From NCBI GenBank assembly GCA_963716255.1, contig OY970303.1:2752001-2816000 (forward strand): a DNA stretch of 64,000 nucleotides, given 5' to 3'. Made by a program: the position numbers and the translations under genes. This document shows positions 11,141-20,223 of the stretch, one piece after another; position 1 is the first letter of the stretch; each line of letters opens with the position of its first letter. This stretch comes from an uncultured Gemmatimonadales bacterium. GTDB lineage: Bacteria; Gemmatimonadota; Gemmatimonadetes; Longimicrobiales; Longimicrobiaceae. The notes below the pieces were generated by a model that ran no database searches, had not been told where the DNA came from, and saw only the letters and a program-made list of their open reading frames with translations.

Positions 11141-13717
11141 CTATCCGTTCGGGTCCAGGATCTTGCCGATCTCGTCGCGCGCGGCCTCCAGGTGCAGGCG
11201 GGTGGCGCGGTCCGCGGCGCGGGGGATCGCGGAGCGGATCTGCGCGTCCAGCGCGCGCAGCTCGCCGCGCAGCATCCCCTGGGCTTCGGTGGGGCCCGTG
11301 GGCGCGGCGGCGCCGCCCAGGAGCGCGGCGAGGCCGGTGGGGACGGCGGAGCGCGCGGGGGGGTTCACCCGCTCCGCCACCTCGGCCAGGTAGGCGCGCT
11401 GCAGGTTGCGGCGGAACGGGTCGATGGACGGGCTCCCCGCCGACAGCTCGCTCCAGATCCCCTGCCGCACGTCCGTGAGCATCTCGCCCAGCGTGTACAC
11501 CTGGCCCGGGCGGTCCGACAGCGCCTCGAACTCCACCATCCGGCGCATGCGGGCGTTGTTCAGGAGCTGGTCCAGGATGCCGCGCTGCGCCGTCCCGATG
11601 CGGGTGATCGCCCCCTCCACCTCGATGCGGCGCAGGATCTCCTCGTCCAGGAAGAAGCGCGGCGTGCGGAAGGCGTTCTCGTTGAGGAAGCGCACCGCCT
11701 CCTGCTGGCGCGCCCGCGACACCGGCGTGAAGCGCACCCCCTGCTGCCCGCCGCGCTTCTCCTGCGACTCCACCCCGCCCACCACGATGGGGACGTGCGA
11801 CAATTCCGTGCGCCACTGGCCGATCAGGCGCGTGTACAGCTCCCGCAGGTCGGCGAAGTCCTCGCCCGGCTTCACCGTCGCCGGGATCAGCATGGGGACG
11901 ACGCGGCGGATGTTGCGGATCCCCATCCCCGTGGAGTACACCGGGTCCGCGTCGCCCACCGCCTCCGTGTGGTCGCCCGGGTCCGCCCCGCCGCTCCCGA
12001 CCGTGCTGAAGCGCAGGTACGGCTTGGTGTCCTGCTCGCGCGCCCAGGCGTCCAGCGTCATGCGCTCCTCTTCCGGCGTCCGCGCCGTGGGGATGGGCCT
12101 GTACCCCCACATGGTCGCGAACTTGTCGTACGGGCCGATCACCGGCATCAGCAGCTCCACCGGGATGCGGTCCTCCGGCTGCACCACGTAGTTGAAGCGC
12201 GAGTAGTCCATCAGCGTGGGCGTGTGCCGCATCCGCCGCAGGAAGCCCTCGTTGCGCAGGCTGTCCACCGGGTAGGTGGCGCTGGCCTTCATGTTGTGCT
12301 GGAAGCCCAGCGTGTGCCCCACCTCGTGCGCCACCACGTAGCGCAGCAGCTGGCCCATCAGCGAGTCCGGGAAGGGCACCCGCCGCGCCGCGGGGTCAAG
12401 GGGCGCGACCTGGGTGAAGTACTGGCTGCGCATGATGTTCAGGATGTTGTGGTACATCTGGACATCCGCCTCCAGGATCTCCCCCGTGCGGGGGTCCACG
12501 ATCCGCGGCCCCGAGGCGTTCTCCGTCGCCGAGGGGAGCCAGCGGATCACCGAGTAGCGCGCGTCCTCCGGCGACCAGTCCGGGTCCTCGGCCGGCGTGG
12601 GCGCGTCGCGCGCCACGATGGCGTTGCGGAACCCCGCCGCCTCGAAGGCCGGCTTCCAGTCCTCGATCCCCTGCTTGATGAAGGGGATCCAGTGCGCCGG
12701 CGTCGCCGGGTCGATGTAGTACACGATGGGCTTCACCGGCTCCGACACCACCGCCGAGGGGTCCTTCTTCTCCAGGCGGTAGCGGGAGATGAAGGTGCGG
12801 CGCGCCACCCTGTGCTCCTCCGTGCCGAAGTCCTGCTTGGTGACGCTGAAGTAGCCCACCCGCGAATCGGCGAGGCGCGGCATCATGGGGCGCTCCGGGA
12901 GCCGCACCATGCTCCAGTGCATCACCACGCTGGCCGTGCGCGGCCCGGGGCGGAACTCCTCCGGGACACCCGGCGTCGCCGGCGGGGTCACGTTGTAGGT
13001 GTGCGTCGCCTCCACCTCCACGTTGTCCGGGAACGCCGCCACCCGCTCGATGAAGGTGCGCGCCGCGTCCAGGTTGCCGCGAATGGCGTTCCCCACCCCG
13101 AACTCCGGCGAGTTGGTGGTGAACAGGCGCGTGGCGTCGATCACCGCGGAGCTGTCCGGCCCCCAGGCCTCCACGTTGAACACCGCCACCACCGGGTCGT
13201 AGTTGGACGCCGCCACCGCGCGCGAGATGGGCAGCGCCGTGTCCGCCACCACGTCGTACGACACGCTGCGCAGCAGCACCCGGTTGTCGCGCCGCTCCCA
13301 GCGCAGCACGTAGTTGCTCACCGCCTGTCCGCCGTACCCGGAGCCCAGCGTGTTGCGGGCGATCTGGGAGACCAGGAGCATCTCCTTGTTCATCTCCCTC
13401 GCCGGGATCTCGTACAGCAGCCGGCTCCCCACGCGGTGCGTGGTGAACAGCCCGCGGCGGGTCTGCGCGCGCGGCGTCACCACCGACGCGTACGGCCGGG
13501 GGTTGGCCTCCCCGGCGGCGCCGCCGCCTCCCGCCTGCATGGGGCCCTGCACCCCGGGGAGCGACGGGCGGTCGCCACCCGGGGCGGGCGTCTCGCCCCC
13601 GGGGGTGGCGGGAGCGGCGGAGGGCCGCTGCGGCGGCGTGGGCGAGGCGGCCGGGCGTGGCGAGGCGGTGGCGCAGCCTGCCGCGAGAAGCGCCAGGACG
13701 GCGGTCGGGAACTTCAT
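11141..13717 (-). CDS. Zinc-dependent metalloprotease lipoprotein (DUF5117/DUF5118/DUF4953-type)
   Basis: HEVGHTLGFQHN metzincin motif, TLMDYSRFNYV Met-turn, PRLADSRVGYF, KPIVYYID; LAAGC lipobox. Confidence 0.9.
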   Translation of the reverse strand: MKFPTAVLALLAAGCATASPRPAASPTPPQRPSAAPATPGGETPAPGGDRPSLPGVQGPMQAGGGGAAGEANPRPYASVVTPRAQTRRGLFTTHRVGSRLLYEIPAREMNKEMLLVSQIARNTLGSGYGGQAVSNYVLRWERRDNRVLLRSVSYDVVADTALPISRAVAASNYDPVVAVFNVEAWGPDSSAVIDATRLFTTNSPEFGVGNAIRGNLDAARTFIERVAAFPDNVEVEATHTYNVTPPATPGVPEEFRPGPRTASVVMHWSMVRLPERPMMPRLADSRVGYFSVTKQDFGTEEHRVARRTFISRYRLEKKDPSAVVSEPVKPIVYYIDPATPAHWIPFIKQGIEDWKPAFEAAGFRNAIVARDAPTPAEDPDWSPEDARYSVIRWLPSATENASGPRIVDPRTGEILEADVQMYHNILNIMRSQYFTQVAPLDPAARRVPFPDSLMGQLLRYVVAHEVGHTLGFQHNMKASATYPVDSLRNEGFLRRMRHTPTLMDYSRFNYVVQPEDRIPVELLMPVIGPYDKFATMWGYRPIPTARTPEEERMTLDAWAREQDTKPYLRFSTVGSGGADPGDHTEAVGDADPVYSTGMGIRNIRRVVPMLIPATVKPGEDFADLRELYTRLIGQWRTELSHVPIVVGGVESQEKRGGQQGVRFTPVSRARQQEAVRFLNENAFRTPRFFLDEEILRRIEVEGAITRIGTAQRGILDQLLNNARMRRMVEFEALSDRPGQVYTLGEMLTDVRQGIWSELSAGSPSIDPFRRNLQRAYLAEVAERVNPPARSAVPTGLAALLGGAAAPTGPTEAQGMLRGELRALDAQIRSAIPRAADRATRLHLEAARDEIGKILDPNG

Positions 13718-13939
13718 GTCGGGGTCTCCGGGGGTGAGAACGCGGAGGGGGAAAGTCTGAAGGCGGAGAATAGTCTATCTCCCCGCCGATGGTTCCGGCA
13801 ACCGGGCGGGGACGAAGCGTGGAGCAGGCGGTGCGAAGCGCGCGCCGGCGGCTTTCCACGGGGCGGCCGGGGCGCCATCTTGGGGCGCGGCGGCGCACCT
13901 CGCCGCCTCCCCTCCACCGAAAACCCTGATCCCGACGCG

Positions 13940-14464
13940 ATGATCCGCACCGTAGACATCTACCGCAAGCACACCCCGCCCGACCCGGCCGTTCCGCGGC
14001 CCGTCCGGGCGTCGCAGGTGGTCTTCGCCGACCTGGCCGAGCCGCACAGCATGAACGTGGCGGGAACGCTGTTCGGCGGCACCATCCTGGGCTTCATCGA
14101 CCGGGCGGCCGCCTTCTGCGCCATGAAGCACGCCGGGCGGCCGGTGGTCACCAAGAACATGGACAGCGTGGAGTTCAACGAGCCCATCTACATCGGCGAG
14201 CTCGTGGTGGCCATGGCCTCCGTCAACTACGCCGGCACCACCAGCATGGAGGTGGGGATCAAGGTCATGGCCCAGAACCCCATCAGCGGCCAGGAGCGGC
14301 ACACCAACACCTGCTACGCCACCTTCGTCGCCCTGGACGAGGAAGGGCGGCCCACGCGCGTTCCGCAGGTGCTTCCCGAGACCGACGACGAGAAGCGGCG
14401 GTACGAGGCGGGGAAGCAGCGTCGCGAGGAGCGGCTGGCTCGGCGGCGTCCTTTGAAAGGCTGA
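13940..14464 (+). CDS. Acyl-CoA thioesterase (hotdog fold)
   Basis: MNVAGTLFGGTILGFIDRAA, VEFNEPIYIGE, TSMEVGIKV, ATFVALDEEGRP. Confidence 0.9.
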   Translation: MIRTVDIYRKHTPPDPAVPRPVRASQVVFADLAEPHSMNVAGTLFGGTILGFIDRAAAFCAMKHAGRPVVTKNMDSVEFNEPIYIGELVVAMASVNYAGTTSMEVGIKVMAQNPISGQERHTNTCYATFVALDEEGRPTRVPQVLPETDDEKRRYEAGKQRREERLARRRPLKG

Positions 14465-14478
14465 TTCCTGAGCGCCGG

Positions 14479-14630
14479 GGCGGGCCGCTCCGGAGCCCGG
14501 CGGTACTGCTGCCGGTCTCCTGCGCGGGCTCGGCGAGCCCCGGAAACAGCCCCGGGTCTCACCTCGCCGGAGGGAGCCAGCCGAAACTGCCCGGCTGTCT
14601 CCCTCCGTACAGCATCATAGGGGTACGACG
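14479..14630 (+). repeat. Family B repeat copy 3 (three hairpin modules)
   Basis: GGAGC-CCGGCG-GTACTGC-TGCCGG-TCTCC, GAGC-CCCGG-AAACAGCC-CCGGG-TCTC, GGGAGC-CAGCCG-AAACTGCC-CGGCTG-TCTCCC. Confidence 0.8.
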
Positions 14631-14654
14631 GACCTGCCGAACCACCGGAACCGG

Positions 14655-14743
14655 AGCCCCCTCTCCCAGGATAGCGCTTCACGCTTCGCGTGAACCGGAT
14701 GAAGGACCCGGGTGGCGAGCCTCGAGCGAGCCGGGTGAGGGCC
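14655..14743 (+). repeat. Family C repeat copy 2, internally altered
   Basis: CCCCCTCTCCCAG...GGTGGCGAGCCTCGAGCGAGCCGGGTGAGGGCC with the central part replaced by about 40 nt. Confidence 0.65.
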
Positions 14744-14937
14744 GCCGGGCGAGGGCCTTCGTCGACGCTCGCACCCCGCCCCGCATTCTCCCGTCTTGCT
14801 TCCCCGTGCAAACTTTTCCGGGGCCGCTCCGCGGCCTCCGGCGGGGGGAACATCGCCCCGGACCGTTGGTACATGTTCTTTCCCGGGGCGCAGATCGAAA
14901 GGCGCTGCGGGGCCCCGGCGGCCGCGGCGGCGGCTGC

Positions 14938-14966
14938 TTGACGGGGTGCGGGACGAGCACTATACT
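14938..14966 (+). promoter_or_regulatory. Sigma-70-type promoter upstream of the sigma factor gene
   Basis: TTGACG-N17-TATACT, near consensus in very GC-rich DNA. Confidence 0.65.
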
Positions 14967-15040
14967 GTGCGCCCCCCGCCCCGCCGGTGGGGCGGAGACA
15001 CCCCAGCCACCGAAGCGCGACGATGCCCGGAGACGTCCCG

Positions 15041-15130
15041 ATGCAGACCGCCCGCCGCCCCCTGGGGGCGTGTCTCGGCGCGCCCGCGGCGGACGACGCG
15101 GTGCGGTGGATGGCGGAGGTACGGGAGTAG
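15041..15130 (+). CDS. Possible 29-aa leader peptide MQTARRPLGACLGAPAADDAVRWMAEVRE
   Basis: GGAGA 7 nt upstream of ATG; lies between the promoter and a hairpin plus U-tract at 15156-15194. Confidence 0.3.
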   Translation: MQTARRPLGACLGAPAADDAVRWMAEVRE

Positions 15131-15285
15131 GCGCGCCCCTGGCGCACCCACGCTCCCGCCCGGCCGCCCACAACGCGCCGGGCGGTTGTTTTTTCCGGCA
15201 GAAGTCTTGCAGCATGGCGCACCACGGTCTTCCGGCGCCCGGGAGGCCATCAACGCAGGATCCGTTTTACGGACGAAGAACCCAT

Positions 15286-16194
15286 ATGGCTACGGCAGCA
15301 CGCAAGACACGGCGGCGGAAGCGGTCGGCCCCCTCGCTCGACGCGGGGTTCGGGGTCGCCGCCGAAGACCAGTCGAGCCTGGACCAATATCTGAAGGAGG
15401 TCAGCACGCACAGCCTGCTGACCCCCCCGCAGGAGATCGAGCTCGGGCGGCGTGCGCAGACGGGTGACGAGGACGCCATCCAGGAGCTCGTGCGCGCCAA
15501 CCTCCGGTTCGTGATCTCCGTGGCCAAGAAGTACCAGAACCGCGGCGTCTCCCTGTCGGACCTCATCCAGGAGGGGAACGTGGGGCTGGTCACCGCCGCG
15601 CGGAAGTTCGATCCCGACCAGGGCGTGAAGTTCATCTCCTACGCCGTGTGGTGGATCCGCCAGGCCATCCTGTCGGCGCTCGCCAACCAGGGGCGCGCCG
15701 TGCGCGTGCCGCTGAACCGGGCGTCGGACCTGGCCAAGATCTTCCGGGAGCGCGAGCGCCTCAAGCAGGAGCTGCGGCGCGACCCCACGCCCCAGGAGCT
15801 TTCCGAGGCCACCGGGCTGTCGCCGGAGATCGTGGAGAGCCTGCAGACGCTCAACGCCGCGGAGATCCGGCTGGACGCCCCCATCGGCGACTCCGAGGAC
15901 TCGCAGCTCATGGAGCGCTTCATCTCGGACGAGGCCATCGTCACCGAGGACGAGGTGGAGGAGCGGCTCCTCAGCGAGCGCATCGACCGGGCGCTGGACA
16001 CCCTCCAGCCTCGCGACGCAAAGGTCCTCAAGCTGTACTTCGGGCTGGAGGGCGGGCGCGAGCACACGCTGGAGGAGATCGGCGACATCCTGGGCGTGAC
16101 CCGGGAGCGCATCCGCCAGCTCCGCGACCGCGCGCTCAAGCGCCTGCGCGAAGGGGAGATGGGCGAGGCGCTGGCTTCCTTCGCCGCGGCATGA
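15286..16194 (+). CDS. RNA polymerase sigma-70 factor, RpoD/RpoS-like, lacking region 1.1
   Basis: SLDQYLKEV, ANLRFVISVAKKY, DLIQEGNVGL, KFISYAVWWIRQAI, TLEEIGDILGVTRERIRQ. Confidence 0.95.
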   Translation: MATAARKTRRRKRSAPSLDAGFGVAAEDQSSLDQYLKEVSTHSLLTPPQEIELGRRAQTGDEDAIQELVRANLRFVISVAKKYQNRGVSLSDLIQEGNVGLVTAARKFDPDQGVKFISYAVWWIRQAILSALANQGRAVRVPLNRASDLAKIFRERERLKQELRRDPTPQELSEATGLSPEIVESLQTLNAAEIRLDAPIGDSEDSQLMERFISDEAIVTEDEVEERLLSERIDRALDTLQPRDAKVLKLYFGLEGGREHTLEEIGDILGVTRERIRQLRDRALKRLREGEMGEALASFAAA

Positions 16195-16218
16195 GCCCCA
16201 TCCGGGGCGGCACCACGC

Positions 16219-16254
16219 GAGCACCCTCCCCTCCGGGAGGGTGCTCTTTGCTTT
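16219..16254 (+). terminator. Terminator-like hairpin after the sigma gene
   Basis: GAGCACCCTCCC-CTCC-GGGAGGGTGCTC then TTTGCTTT. Confidence 0.6.
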
Positions 16255-16276
16255 CCCCTCCCCCGGGGGCCCGGGC

Positions 16277-17182
16277 ATGATCGGGACGGTTCTCCGGGCG
16301 CAGGGCGGGACGTACGAGGTGGAGACCGGGGAGGGGACGGTGGAGGCCGCGCTCCGCGGCAGGATCAAGCGGGAGGAGCGCACCGGCGAGCGCGTGGTGG
16401 TGGGCGACGTGGTGGACGTGGAGCCGGTCGGCTCCGGGTGGGTGGTGGAGCGCGTGCACCCGCGCCGCACCGCGCTGGTCCGCCGGGCCCCCGGCAAGGC
16501 CCCGCGCGCGAAGACCATCGTCGCCAACGTGGACCAGGTGGTGGTCGTCTTCGCCGTCGCCAACCCCTCCCCGCACCTCCGCATGCTGGACCGCTTCCTG
16601 GTCATCTGCGAGTCCAGCGGGCTGGACCCCCTCATCGTCGCCAACAAGACGGACGTCACCGGTATCGACGCCGCCCGGGCGCTGTTCGGCCCCTACGAGC
16701 GCGCCGGCTACCCCGTGCTCTACACCGCCGCCCGGGAGCGCCGCGGCGTGGACGAGCTGCGCGGGGCCATCTGCGGGCGGGTGTCCGCCCTCACCGGTCC
16801 CTCCGGCGTGGGCAAGTCCAGCCTCCTCAACGCCGTGCAGCCCGGGCTGGGGCTCCGCGTCGCCGCCATCAGCCAGGCGGTGGACAAGGGGCGCCACACC
16901 ACCGTCACCGCGCAGCTCATCCCGCTGGAGTGCGGCGGCTACGTGGCCGACACTCCGGGGCTGCGGGAGGTGGGGCTCTGGGGGGTGGACCCCGACGAGC
17001 TGGACGGCTACTTCCCCGAGCTGCGCCCGTACCTGGGCCGCTGCCGCTACGCCAACTCGTGCACCCACACGCACGAGCCGGGGTGCGCGGTGCGCGCCGC
17101 CGTGGACGCCGGCGAGGTGGACCCTGCCCGCTTCGAGAGCTACCGGCGGATGATGCAGGGGGAGGACGAGGACGGGGCGTGA
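16277..17182 (+). CDS. rsgA: Ribosome small subunit-dependent GTPase A
   Basis: ANVDQ, NKTD, GPSGVGKSS, GRHTT, DTPG and C-terminal CRYANSCTHTHEPGCAV zinc finger. Confidence 0.96.
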   Translation: MIGTVLRAQGGTYEVETGEGTVEAALRGRIKREERTGERVVVGDVVDVEPVGSGWVVERVHPRRTALVRRAPGKAPRAKTIVANVDQVVVVFAVANPSPHLRMLDRFLVICESSGLDPLIVANKTDVTGIDAARALFGPYERAGYPVLYTAARERRGVDELRGAICGRVSALTGPSGVGKSSLLNAVQPGLGLRVAAISQAVDKGRHTTVTAQLIPLECGGYVADTPGLREVGLWGVDPDELDGYFPELRPYLGRCRYANSCTHTHEPGCAVRAAVDAGEVDPARFESYRRMMQGEDEDGA

Positions 17183-17412
17183 GCGCCCCCTGAAAACGGG
17201 TCGTGACGCACACCCGGGGTCGCTCGTCCTACCCCACCGTAGCTGGCCCGGACGCGCGCGCCGGACCAACTCCCGCAGGGCACACCCGTCGCGAGGCGGG
17301 GTCGCAAAGCCTGGAGTCTCCACGAGACTGTCCGGCCGTCCCGGAAACGGGTAGACGGGAGAAGCGAAGCCGGAGCTGGTTTGCCGGCAACCCTTCTTTC
17401 CTGGAGGCGACC

Positions 17413-18360
17413 ATGGTCGCACGAAGCCGCTCGATGTTCCTCCCCGTCCTCGCGGGGGCCCTGTTCCTGGGTGCCTGCGAGAGCTCCTCCGGCTCGCTCG
17501 ATCCCGGCGAAGCCAGCCTCACCGTCCAGCTCACCGACGCGCCCGGCGACCTCAAGCAGGCGTACGTCAAGGTCGGCAGGATCATCCTGCAGGGCACCCA
17601 GACCGGCGACAGCACCGCCGCGCGGCAGGAGTTCACCGTGACCTCCCCCGCGTGGATCAACCTGCTGTCGCTCGCCGGCGGCAAGCTCCAGGACCTGGTG
17701 AGCGGCGCCACCGTGCAGCCCGGCACCTACACGCAGCTGCGCCTGGTGGTGGACGGCGCGTACGTGGTCACCAGCGACAACAAGGTGTACGCCACCTCCG
17801 GCGCCGCGCTCCCGGCCGGGGTGACCTCCACCGGCGAGCTGAAGTGCCCCGGCTGCGCCCAGAGCGGGTTCAAGGTAATCTTCCCCGGCGGCATCACCGT
17901 GGCCGACTCCACCTCCCTGCTCATCGACTTCGACGTCAACCAGAGCTTCGGCCACGAGGCGGGCAACTCCGGCAAGTACATCCTCAAGCCGGTGCTGATC
18001 GGCTCGCGCCGCACCGGCGGCGCCCTGCCGGGGACCATCAGCGGCACGGTGGTGCTGGCGCAGGGCGTGACCCTCCCCGCGTGCGGCGGGCAGAGCACGC
18101 TGGACCTCACCCGCTTCGTCCCCACCGCGACTTCGGGGACCACGCTGAAGACGGGCACCACCGCGGCGAACGGCGCCTACACCATCGGCGCGGTGGCCCC
18201 GGGGAGCTACACGCTGGGCGTGGACCGGGTGGGCTTCGCCAACGGCGACACGCTGACCTTCGCCGCCACGGCCGCGCCGGCCACGGTGACGGTCGCGTCG
18301 GGCGCCGCGTCCACGGCCGGCTACAGCGTCACCTCCGCCACCTGCAAGGTGAAGGGCTGA
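17413..18360 (+). CDS. DUF4382-domain lipoprotein with C-terminal beta-sandwich
   Basis: LGAC lipobox; LTVQLTDAP, PGTYTQLRLVV, LLIDFDVNQSF, YILKPV; GGAGG RBS. Confidence 0.8.
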   Translation: MVARSRSMFLPVLAGALFLGACESSSGSLDPGEASLTVQLTDAPGDLKQAYVKVGRIILQGTQTGDSTAARQEFTVTSPAWINLLSLAGGKLQDLVSGATVQPGTYTQLRLVVDGAYVVTSDNKVYATSGAALPAGVTSTGELKCPGCAQSGFKVIFPGGITVADSTSLLIDFDVNQSFGHEAGNSGKYILKPVLIGSRRTGGALPGTISGTVVLAQGVTLPACGGQSTLDLTRFVPTATSGTTLKTGTTAANGAYTIGAVAPGSYTLGVDRVGFANGDTLTFAATAAPATVTVASGAASTAGYSVTSATCKVKG

Positions 18361-18376
18361 GCTGGCGGGGCGGAAG

Positions 18377-18413
18377 GACGAAGGGGTCGCCCGGCGGGTG
18401 GCCCCTTTCGTTT
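18377..18413 (+). terminator. Terminator-like hairpin
   Basis: AAGGGGTCGCCC...GGGTGGCCCCTT followed by TCGTTT. Confidence 0.5.
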
Positions 18414-18534
18414 GCCGCCAGGATTGTTCAGAAACGGACGCACCGCTACCTTGACCTGCCCCAGGGGAGCGGCGGCACGGCCCGGACCGTGCATCGCCGG
18501 ACCCCTTCCAACCCCGGCCCCTTTTCCTCCCGCA

Positions 18535-20223
18535 ATGGACCTCCTGGACGTCGCCGTCCAAGTGTACGACAGCGACACCCCGACGGCCGCTTTCCGGTCG
18601 GCGGTGGAGCGTCTTTCCTCCTCCCTTCCGCTCCGTTCCGCCTGGTGGGCGGACCGGGTGGGCAGCGGCGTCGTGGAGCGGTGGCCGGACAGCGCGGAGC
18701 CGTGCCGCGACCTGCTGCGCGACGCGCGCGCCGCCCGCGAGCCCCGCCTCCAGGCCTCGCCGGACTGCGACGCCCTCCTCCTCCCGCTCGGCGACGGGGC
18801 GGGCGTGGTGGTGCTCCAGGGCGAGCACGGCGCCTTCGGGGAGCGGCTGGAGGCGGGGTGGGAGCGGGTGGCGGGCGCCCTGCGGCGCGTGGCGGAGCGG
18901 GACGGCCGCCTCCGCCGCGCCGAAGAGGAGCGCGACACCCTGCGCCTGCGCGCCGAGGAAAGCGAGGCGCTGCACGTGCTGGGGCTGGCGGCCAACCGCA
19001 CCCTGGATCCGGACGAGGTGCTCAACCTGGTGGCGCGCTTCACCCGGACGCTGCTGGGCGCACACTACGTGACGGTGAACACCACCGGAGCGGACCGGCA
19101 CATCCGCACGGTGGCCGCGGTGGGGCTGCGCGCCCCCAACCCGGACGACGACCCGTTCGCGGTGCGCGTGGTGGAGGCGGGCAAGCCGCTCTCCGCCGGG
19201 AGCGAGGGCGACGCCTTCGGGGTGGAAGACTTCTCCTTCCACGCGGCCGAGGGGATGCGGGTGGGGCTGGGTGTCCCCCTGTCGCTGTTCGGCGAGACCT
19301 TCGGGGCGCTGGTGGTGGGGTACCGCCGCGAGTACCCGCTCGCCCCGCGCGACACCCGGCTGGCGCTGACGCTGGCGGGGCACGCGGCGGTGGCGATCAG
19401 CAACGCCCGCCTGCACCGCGAGCTCGCGGACCGCTCGCGCGAGCTGGAGCGCGCGTACGAGGAGCTGCGCTGGTCGTCGCAGGCCAAGGAGCGCTTCTTC
19501 GCCTCGCTCAGCCACGAGCTGCGCACCCCGCTCAACGCCATCCTCGGCTACCAGAGCCTCCTCCTGGACGGAGTGGCGGGCGAGGTGCCCGGCCAGCAGC
19601 GCACCTTCATGGAGCGGGCGCAGCGCGCCACGCAGAACCTCCTGCACCTGGTCAACGACGTCCTGGACCTGTCCAAGATCGAGGCGGGGAAGATGGAGCT
19701 GGTGCTGCGCCCCGTCTCGCTCCGCGAGGTGGTGGAGGACGCCTACACGTCCATACAGCCGCTCGCCGACCAGAAGGGGCTCCGCTTCCGCGTCCCGTCC
19801 CCCGCCAGCCTTCCGGCGCTGCACACCGACGGTGACCGGGTCCGCCAGATCCTGGTGAACCTGTTTTCCAACGCGGTGAAGTTCACGGACGACGGCGAGG
19901 TCACCGTCACCGTCGCGGCTCCGCAGGCGGACGGGGACGCGCTTCCGGCGGAGGGGGCGCCGCCGCGCTGGCTGGAGATCCGGGTCACGGACACCGGTCC
20001 GGGGATCGCCGCGGAGAACCGCGAGCGGATCTTCCACGAGTTCGAGCAGGTGGTGGGGCCCGGCGGGCGCGGCGGGACCGGGCTTGGGCTTCCCATCTCC
20101 CGCAAGCTCGCGCGCCTGCTGGGCGGCGACCTGCTGGTGGAAAGCACGCTGGGGGTGGGCTCCACCTTCATCCTCCGGCTCCCCAACGTCCCCGCCGCGG
20201 ACCCCGGGAGGTCCCTCCCGTGA
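18535..20223 (+). CDS. Soluble GAF-domain sensor histidine kinase
   Basis: H-box SHELRTPLNAILGY, N-box NLFSNAVKF, G1 DTGPGI, G2 GGTGLGL; GAF ending LAGHAAVAISNARL; no obvious transmembrane helix. Confidence 0.92.
   Translation: MDLLDVAVQVYDSDTPTAAFRSAVERLSSSLPLRSAWWADRVGSGVVERWPDSAEPCRDLLRDARAAREPRLQASPDCDALLLPLGDGAGVVVLQGEHGAFGERLEAGWERVAGALRRVAERDGRLRRAEEERDTLRLRAEESEALHVLGLAANRTLDPDEVLNLVARFTRTLLGAHYVTVNTTGADRHIRTVAAVGLRAPNPDDDPFAVRVVEAGKPLSAGSEGDAFGVEDFSFHAAEGMRVGLGVPLSLFGETFGALVVGYRREYPLAPRDTRLALTLAGHAAVAISNARLHRELADRSRELERAYEELRWSSQAKERFFASLSHELRTPLNAILGYQSLLLDGVAGEVPGQQRTFMERAQRATQNLLHLVNDVLDLSKIEAGKMELVLRPVSLREVVEDAYTSIQPLADQKGLRFRVPSPASLPALHTDGDRVRQILVNLFSNAVKFTDDGEVTVTVAAPQADGDALPAEGAPPRWLEIRVTDTGPGIAAENRERIFHEFEQVVGPGGRGGTGLGLPISRKLARLLGGDLLVESTLGVGSTFILRLPNVPAADPGRSLP

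Noticed and set aside
14990..15040. GGAGA...CACCGAAG resembling a glycine riboswitch in the sigma leader
   Set aside because: The downstream CTCTCAGG element is missing and the gene context does not fit.
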